From a virus, in the IMG/VR virus record IMGVR_UViG_3300045999_008055: a stretch of 64,000 nucleotides of DNA; one strand, given 5' to 3'. This document shows positions 58,224 through 64,000 of the stretch, piece after piece. The notes beneath the pieces were generated by a model. The model made no database searches. It saw only the letters and a program-made list of their open reading frames with translations, and was not told the origin of the DNA. The translations under genes were made by a program, and so were the position numbers. Numbering within the stretch: position 1 is the first letter of the stretch; each line of letters starts with the position of its first letter.

Positions 58224-58786
58224 TTAGTCATGTTCCTTATAAAATTATTTATCATTTGAGATAAATATCTAGTTTTTTTGTAAGAGCCACCTCTTACTCT
58301 ATTTTCTGTTTGTAAGGCTTCTTTTGATCTACCTTCCACAAATCTTTTATATAAATAATTACTAAATCCAGAGATTCCTCTTTCAATACCAATTACCCAA
58401 CTATTTCCGCCTTCAAAAGGCATTGGCGTTTCAGCTTTAACTCCTTCTAATGTAGGAAAATCAATTGTATATCTAATCGTATCGTTTTTTCTTTTACTTC
58501 TTATCGAAAAACTTCTTTTTAAAAAATCAGCTAAATCTTTAATTGGCGCAGAAGAACTTGAGAATCCTATAAAACTAAATAAATTACCAACTCCATCCAA
58601 AGTATTTGATATATTACTTGACTTTGGGCCAGCATTAATTTCTTGAGTTACAAGGTGAGATTCAAATTCATCAAAAAACATATCTTTGGTATCTTCATAT
58701 TTTTGCATTACAATATCATCGCCAGTTTTTCTAAAACTCTTACTGTTTTTTGTTACTTTTTTGAAATCTACATTTACTCTTTTCAT
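58220..58786 (-). CDS. Putative neck/tail completion protein
   Basis: Basic protein in the head-tail gene order (W..GIERG). Confidence 0.45.
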   Translation of the reverse strand: MKRVNVDFKKVTKNSKSFRKTGDDIVMQKYEDTKDMFFDEFESHLVTQEINAGPKSSNISNTLDGVGNLFSFIGFSSSSAPIKDLADFLKRSFSIRSKRKNDTIRYTIDFPTLEGVKAETPMPFEGGNSWVIGIERGISGFSNYLYKRFVEGRSKEALQTENRVRGGSYKKTRYLSQMINNFIRNMTK

Positions 58787-59229
58787 TAGGTTGTTTCTTT
58801 TAAGTAGTAAACATAATATGTTTTATTTTGATAATGTTTAGCAATACTTGAACTATAGACATTAAAATCTTTGCCATCAAATGTAATTTTTTCTGTGGTA
58901 TCTGTATCTATATATTTTTTAGCATCATTTTGAACATAAATCATAACTGGTTGATCTGTTATTTTTATATTAATTTCTTTATCATTTGTCAAATTATCGG
59001 TAGGATTATACTTTATGACTGCATAAAATGACTGATTTCTTGGGGTATATGTATAATCTACAATATTAGAATCTTCACTATAACCTAGCATTTGATTCGT
59101 AGTATTTTGAACAATATTCTTAATTGGTTCTTTATGTACAACAATAGGCTTCTTAAAAGTTTCAAACCATGTATCTATGGCGTTTTCATACCAAGTTTGA
59201 TCATTGGAGCTTAAGAAGCTTGTTGCCAT
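58786..59229 (-). CDS. Putative head-closure/stopper protein
   Basis: KITFDGKDFNV...YYVYYL pattern; size and position. Confidence 0.5.
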   Translation of the reverse strand: MATSFLSSNDQTWYENAIDTWFETFKKPIVVHKEPIKNIVQNTTNQMLGYSEDSNIVDYTYTPRNQSFYAVIKYNPTDNLTNDKEINIKITDQPVMIYVQNDAKKYIDTDTTEKITFDGKDFNVYSSSIAKHYQNKTYYVYYLKETT

Positions 59230-59233
59230 AAAA

Positions 59234-59782
59234 TTAATTTGTAAATGGATTATCTATATTTCTTATATAACCATTTCCGTATGTATATGGATATCCTAAA
59301 GCTTCAACCGTATCATCACCCGCAACTTGCAATGGACGAGCTTCATTAAGATTGTAATTTTGGACAAGAGTAATAAGTTCATCATTAATTTGTTTTCTTA
59401 ATTGTGCGTATGTTTTTGCGAGTTCATTTTTATTAATTTTACGTGCAGAAAATCCATTTTGGTTAATTTCTATTACGCTATCTGTGCTTGCTGCGCCAAG
59501 AGCATTTCTTAAAAGACGTTCATAATAGTGAATACTAAATAACATTTTAAATATACTTTTCTCAGCTAAACCAAATGTATCTCCGGAAGTAGTTGATCCC
59601 TCAATTTCTAAAGTGGTTTCATTTATGAAGAAAGTCTTGTTTATTGTAATATTTAAATCCCCAATATTACTTCTAAGCCAATAAGCTATAGAGGCTATGC
59701 TTAGATCTGCTGGTTCGCCCATTTCACGATAAAGCTCGTCAGCAATATCAACAATTTTAACTGGTGTATACGCATTTGCCAT
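59234..59782 (-). CDS. Putative head-tail adaptor
   Basis: Helical protein of ~180 aa leading the neck gene series. Confidence 0.5.
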   Translation of the reverse strand: MANAYTPVKIVDIADELYREMGEPADLSIASIAYWLRSNIGDLNITINKTFFINETTLEIEGSTTSGDTFGLAEKSIFKMLFSIHYYERLLRNALGAASTDSVIEINQNGFSARKINKNELAKTYAQLRKQINDELITLVQNYNLNEARPLQVAGDDTVEALGYPYTYGNGYIRNIDNPFTN

Positions 59783-59792
59783 ATAATAGATA

Positions 59793-59799
59793 TTACACT
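59793..59799 (-). promoter_or_regulatory. AGTGTAA motif (putative late promoter)
   Basis: 10 nt upstream of the 59782 start. Confidence 0.65.
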
Positions 59800-59832
59800 A
59801 TAATAATATATATTATAATCAAATTTGGGATT

Positions 59833-60714
59833 TTAATTTAATTTAAATAGTTCCATCTTAGTCCAAGTGCCAACTGCTTCACCAATAATATTTTGACTTG
59901 TTGGATTTGCTGAATACGCAGTCGCCTCAACATAATCGCCAGTTGTTCCATTTAAAGTTGTTATACCACATGCATAAACTGAAAAATTTAATCCAGATTC
60001 AACTGGAACTTGACTAATAGCAAATGTATTGCCAGCTTTTCTTATTTGAATGTTAGTTTGAATATTTCTAGCAGCTGACCCCTGCTTCCATGACACCATA
60101 AGATTGACGCAATAATTACCAGATATAGTAGGGCTTATTCTATAACTTCCTGTATTATACCAATTATTAGGATCTGTTATTCTAGAAAATTGAATAATTG
60201 TATCTGTATCTTGCAGTACTGTTTGATCTGAGAGTCTAGCTACTTTTACATAATAATTGCCTAATGCATTTAAATTGCCACTAATTGTAGCATTTCCACT
60301 AACAAGTAATTTAGTAGTTCCTGTATTTGGTACTGCGCCTATTCCTAATGAATTACCAGTTAATACGAAATCATTTCTATTATAAGCGCCCATAATAACA
60401 GTATTATCATCAAAAGCTTCTATAATAGGAAGACCAGCTATATCGTTAACGCTAAAAAGAGATCCAGAAAGATTATCTGTTACAGAGAATAATCTACCAT
60501 TTGTGCCATCTATGTTAAATCTATCTTGACCAGAAATAAATCCAACACCTGTGATATTAACATAGCTTGTTAAATTTAATCCTCCAAAATTATCATAACT
60601 TAATCTAGCGGCGCGATTTCCACCAGTTATACCAGCATCAAAAGTTGATCCACCAGCAGTTCCTGTAGTAAATTCCATTATTCCCGAGTTTGGATTGATT
60701 AATATATTAGGCAT
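59833..60714 (-). CDS. Fibre/decoration protein with C-terminal C1q/TNF-like domain
   Basis: GRLFSVTDNLSGSLFSVNDIAGLP phage module; IQF...D....NTGSYR.SPT.SGNY...LNGTTGDYVE. Confidence 0.65.
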   Translation of the reverse strand: MPNILINPNSGIMEFTTGTAGGSTFDAGITGGNRAARLSYDNFGGLNLTSYVNITGVGFISGQDRFNIDGTNGRLFSVTDNLSGSLFSVNDIAGLPIIEAFDDNTVIMGAYNRNDFVLTGNSLGIGAVPNTGTTKLLVSGNATISGNLNALGNYYVKVARLSDQTVLQDTDTIIQFSRITDPNNWYNTGSYRISPTISGNYCVNLMVSWKQGSAARNIQTNIQIRKAGNTFAISQVPVESGLNFSVYACGITTLNGTTGDYVEATAYSANPTSQNIIGEAVGTWTKMELFKLN

Positions 60715-60723
60715 ATAGATAAA

Positions 60724-60730
60724 TTACACT
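60724..60730 (-). promoter_or_regulatory. AGTGTAA motif (putative late promoter)
   Basis: 9 nt upstream of the 60714 start; overlaps the previous TAG stop. Confidence 0.65.
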
Positions 60731-61379
60731 ATGTTAATAAAAACCTTCCTTTTAAAGCGTTATAGTTCTTTAAAACTTCATCGGCTGTAAGAGCTCGATT
60801 ATAAGCTACAATATGAGATAATACTACATCAACAGCTTCATTATCTGTATATCTGGAAAAAAATCTTATTGTACAATCATAATTAGCATTATTAACTATC
60901 GTAATATTTCTCCAACCACCAACCGATAATAAACCAGAAAAAGCTCCTATTAAACTATTAAGAGGAACCCCAGAAGATATGTTTCTTCCATTTTGATACA
61001 CAGTTGATGAATCCCAACCGCCAGATCCCGGACCAAATCCACCACCCCAAATATAACCATTACTCATACCAGTTCTTGCATCTAAAAAATAAGCAGAACT
61101 AAAACCAAAATCTCTTCTATTATACCAAATACTTATTGTTCTTAAGTTTACTGTATTAGCTTGAACAAGATTTGATACTGGAGAACTTACGCTTGTGAAA
61201 GAAAGACCGCGAACTCCTTCTACCGTTGCTAATGAATATGTTCCATTTAATGTTCCATTTTTTCTATTTCCAGAAAGATCAAATATTGTAGAACCAGAAG
61301 TATAGGATTTTATATTCGATGGATCGAAACAAAATTCAATTGAATCTTCAATAATACTTGGTCCACCTGATGCACTCAT
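60729..61379 (-). CDS. LamG/ConA-like lectin domain protein
   Basis: P.I....FCFDPSN.KSY...DLSGN...YNRALTADEVLKNYNALKGRF. Confidence 0.8.
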   Translation of the reverse strand: MSASGGPSIIEDSIEFCFDPSNIKSYTSGSTIFDLSGNRKNGTLNGTYSLATVEGVRGLSFTSVSSPVSNLVQANTVNLRTISIWYNRRDFGFSSAYFLDARTGMSNGYIWGGGFGPGSGGWDSSTVYQNGRNISSGVPLNSLIGAFSGLLSVGGWRNITIVNNANYDCTIRFFSRYTDNEAVDVVLSHIVAYNRALTADEVLKNYNALKGRFLLT

Positions 61380-62065
61380 AAATTAAATCTTCCTTTTGTA
61401 GCATTATAATTTTGCAAAACTTCAGAAGGAGATAAATTTCTATTATAGACTCTAATAATTGACATAGATCCATTATAGTAATATGCATCTAAATTAGGAC
61501 CACCACCATTATACGCCCCGATTGTCATACCTGAATTATTTGTACTTATTGTTCCAGCTTGAGAGTCTGAAGTAATTAATACTCCATTTAAATATAATCT
61601 CCTAGTTCCAGAAATGAATGTTCCAACTAATTGATACCATGTATTGGTAATTAAATTAGTTGTTGGTATATCTAGAGATGTATAGCCAGCGCCAAAATTT
61701 TGCCTCCATCTTATTCCATTCGTTCCTTCCATGAATAAACTATATTGAGTATTAACAGATCCTTTTTCAAAAAAGAAACCAAATTGATTTAAATTTGATG
61801 TTCTAAACCAAACTTCCACAGATGGAGTTTGAGTATTTAATAATGTATTATTTGGTATTGTTCCGCCTTGAGTACTTCCATTAAAAGAAAAATTACCAAA
61901 ATTACTTGTTGAAAAAGTAGGAGAATTAATTAAAGTTACATTATTATTATTTTGAGATAAATCTCGCCAAGTACTTCCAGTGCCTAAATAGCTTTTTCTA
62001 TTTCCAGCGTCTAAGCATAATACAAGACCATTTGTTACTATTCTTGGAGAATGATGAAAGCTCAT
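61376..62065 (-). CDS. LamG/ConA-like lectin domain protein
   Basis: PRIVTNGLVLCLDAGN, WYQLVGT, LYLNG and RVYNRNLS..EVLQNYNATKGRF. Confidence 0.9.
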   Translation of the reverse strand: MSFHHSPRIVTNGLVLCLDAGNRKSYLGTGSTWRDLSQNNNNVTLINSPTFSTSNFGNFSFNGSTQGGTIPNNTLLNTQTPSVEVWFRTSNLNQFGFFFEKGSVNTQYSLFMEGTNGIRWRQNFGAGYTSLDIPTTNLITNTWYQLVGTFISGTRRLYLNGVLITSDSQAGTISTNNSGMTIGAYNGGGPNLDAYYYNGSMSIIRVYNRNLSPSEVLQNYNATKGRFNL

Positions 62066-62856
62066 AAATTAAACCTTCCTTTTAGGGCATTATAGTTTTG
62101 AAGTACTTGTGTAGCATTTAATGCTATATCATATAACTTAATTTGTGATATAGCTGTTTGTGAATTTTCTGCGACATTTGTCAATGCTCCAAAACTATTC
62201 ATACCAAGAGTAATAGTACTTGCGTCTGTAGAGTAACCAGATCTCGTAATCACACTTGAATTTCTAGCAACTCTACCTTGAACAAAATAATTAAAAGTCA
62301 TATTTCCTCCAGAAGAAGAGTAGGTTATAACAATGTTGAAATATCTTGTTGTATTAAATAATATTACAGGATTCGTCGAAAAAGCTGAAGGATTACCTCC
62401 ATACCATAAAGCAAAATTTTGGACATTATCTTGATTATTTACCGCTAAACAATAGAAGTCGCTATAATCTCTGTTTGAACCTTGAGTTGAGCTATTATCT
62501 GATCCAGTTCCCGCAGCATCTGCAACGCTAATTATTCTAGCATAACTAGTTGAAGCAGCATTTAAATCATTATTTATACTTCTAAACCATATATCTATTG
62601 TACCATTGTTATTTGTTCGTTTTATGATATTAGAATTTGTTCTTCTAGCGTAATCATTATTTGCACTAAATTCTATTGCAGGGCTACCATTGGAATTTCT
62701 ATTAAATACAGGATTATTATAAAGAATAAAATGCTCTTCATTTCCACTTATATCTCTCCAAATATTTCCACTTCCAGAATAACTTTTTCTATTACCAGCA
62801 TCTAAACACAAAACAAGACCATTTGTTACTATTTTGGGACTATATAATACTCCCAT
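62062..62856 (-). CDS. LamG/ConA-like lectin domain protein
   Basis: PKIVTNGLVLCLDAGN...LYDIALNATQVLQNYNALKGRF. Confidence 0.85.
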   Translation of the reverse strand: MGVLYSPKIVTNGLVLCLDAGNRKSYSGSGNIWRDISGNEEHFILYNNPVFNRNSNGSPAIEFSANNDYARRTNSNIIKRTNNNGTIDIWFRSINNDLNAASTSYARIISVADAAGTGSDNSSTQGSNRDYSDFYCLAVNNQDNVQNFALWYGGNPSAFSTNPVILFNTTRYFNIVITYSSSGGNMTFNYFVQGRVARNSSVITRSGYSTDASTITLGMNSFGALTNVAENSQTAISQIKLYDIALNATQVLQNYNALKGRFNL

Positions 62857-62857
62857 A

Positions 62858-64000
62858 TTAAAACTCCACAGTTAGTTTTGGTATATCTTTTCGTTCTGCT
62901 GTAAAGCTCCAATAAAATTCATATTCATTTTTATCAAACCAGCCGCGATTTATTCCTACGATGAAATTATTTTGGTTTACATTGATCTCTTTAACAAACA
63001 ATACTTTATCATGATTAATGTTTGTGAGTTGAACATTTACTTTATCTTCATTTACTAAAGCGGAAATATAATCTGGCAAGTTTACTTGAACTGAATCGGC
63101 GCTGATTTTATTTTTATCTGTTAATCTAATTCCATGATAAGGAGACTCTAAACTTCCATATTGGAGTTTTTTACCAGCTTGAGTTGGATGATCTATTAAG
63201 AATGATTTAGAAGCTGCAGAAAGATGACCAGTGATTGTTGTGTTGCCACTTACTGTTAGATTGCCTACGATGTTTGTGTTATCAAAAATATTAAAGACAC
63301 CAGAAGCATTGATGTTAATATTATTACCTGTTAAAGTTAAATCTCGAAGAACGCCAGAGTTTGTTTGTTGAGGGCCAACTACTAAACTATTATTGGTCCA
63401 ACCAACTAAACCAAATTCACCACTATTAGTTCCTGTGCGATTAAATACTCGGATTGATTGAGAACTTGTGCCGCTATAAATATCTATGCCAGATGTGAAT
63501 GTTTTTAAGCCATTGATAGTTTGATTTGACGTTGTATTAACATAAATAGCTGGAGTTACAGCAACACCACTAATTCTAAATCCAAGTCCAGCTTGAGTAG
63601 AATTTATTGGAGTATTAATTGAAAACCAATCATTATCAATAGTTACTGCGGGTATAGCGCTTGGTAGAAACATCGAAGATAAACCAGTTTTATAAATAGT
63701 AATTGTTTTAGCAACAAGAGGAGAACTAATATTATTAATATCTATATTACCAATAAGACCAATTGTTCCATATCTTGGAGCATTAGTAAATATTACTCTT
63801 CCTGTGCCTGCAGTTAAAGTAATATTATTTGGAGTCATATCACCTGCTCCTCCAACCACGCCAGAATTAGAAGCACTTATATTTATATTTTGGATTGGAG
63901 GACCAAAAATATCAGTAACACCAGTTAATATAGTATTTCTTAATATTCCAGAATTTGTGGCTTGCGAACCTATAATTAAGTTGTTATTTTGCCAACCAAA
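62858..64000 (-). CDS. Tail fibre protein, 5'-truncated by window edge
   Basis: Frame is open to 64000 (FGWQNNNLIIGSQATNSGILR...); NQTINGLKTF fibre motif; C-terminal KSFLIDHP...LQYGSLESP domain. Confidence 0.75.
   Translation of the reverse strand, partial: FGWQNNNLIIGSQATNSGILRNTILTGVTDIFGPPIQNINISASNSGVVGGAGDMTPNNITLTAGTGRVIFTNAPRYGTIGLIGNIDINNISSPLVAKTITIYKTGLSSMFLPSAIPAVTIDNDWFSINTPINSTQAGLGFRISGVAVTPAIYVNTTSNQTINGLKTFTSGIDIYSGTSSQSIRVFNRTGTNSGEFGLVGWTNNSLVVGPQQTNSGVLRDLTLTGNNININASGVFNIFDNTNIVGNLTVSGNTTITGHLSAASKSFLIDHPTQAGKKLQYGSLESPYHGIRLTDKNKISADSVQVNLPDYISALVNEDKVNVQLTNINHDKVLFVKEINVNQNNFIVGINRGWFDKNEYEFYWSFTAERKDIPKLTVEF

Noticed and set aside
47959-59782. Contractile tail or tailocin/CIS
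   Set aside because: No sheath or gp25/J-like baseplate gene recognised beside the tube; a full replication module indicates a real phage. A sheath elsewhere cannot be excluded.
1-64000. Stop-codon reassignment (seen in some large phages)
   Set aside because: Genes are long and tightly packed under code 11, and TAA, TGA and TAG all end genes (e.g. TAG at 12086, 53853, 60729).

Overview
This window is a 64-kb, very AT-rich fragment of a large tailed dsDNA bacteriophage genome. It uses the standard genetic code and has no rRNA, tRNA, CRISPR array or transposase that I could see. It has two converging arms that meet at ~32,340. The + arm (1-32,344) carries three blocks. (i) A dense nucleotide-sugar/glycosyltransferase cluster: Gmd, RfbB, a ColD-type and an RfbH-type 3-dehydratase, an aminotransferase, an acetyltransferase, an FkbM methyltransferase and many GTs. 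(ii) A replication/recombination block: RecA-like, DnaB, ThyX, primase, Cas4-like nuclease, a DNA polymerase III alpha split into separate PHP and core genes with a DEDDh exonuclease between them, a Whirly-like SSB candidate and a Rad52-like annealer. (iii) More GTs, ending in two tandem Aah/TibC-type protein O-glycosyltransferases. The - arm (32,333-64,000) is a virion morphogenesis block: fibres, three LamG proteins, neck proteins, tail tube, chaperones, tape measure, tail-tip proteins with inserted FG-GAP propellers, and an Ala-periodic repeat fibre. Two promoter classes are visible: sigma70-type near-leaderless promoters on the + arm and a recurrent (A)GTGTAA motif upstream of structural genes. 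The best candidate for an undescribed system is phage-encoded virion O-glycosylation, in which Aah/TibC-like transferases and rare-sugar pathways would act on tail proteins saturated with Thr-Gly/Ser-Gly motifs. A second candidate is a tape measure protein carrying cargo modules delimited by GF[IV]PNF repeats. All calls come from reading motifs by eye; no database searches were run.
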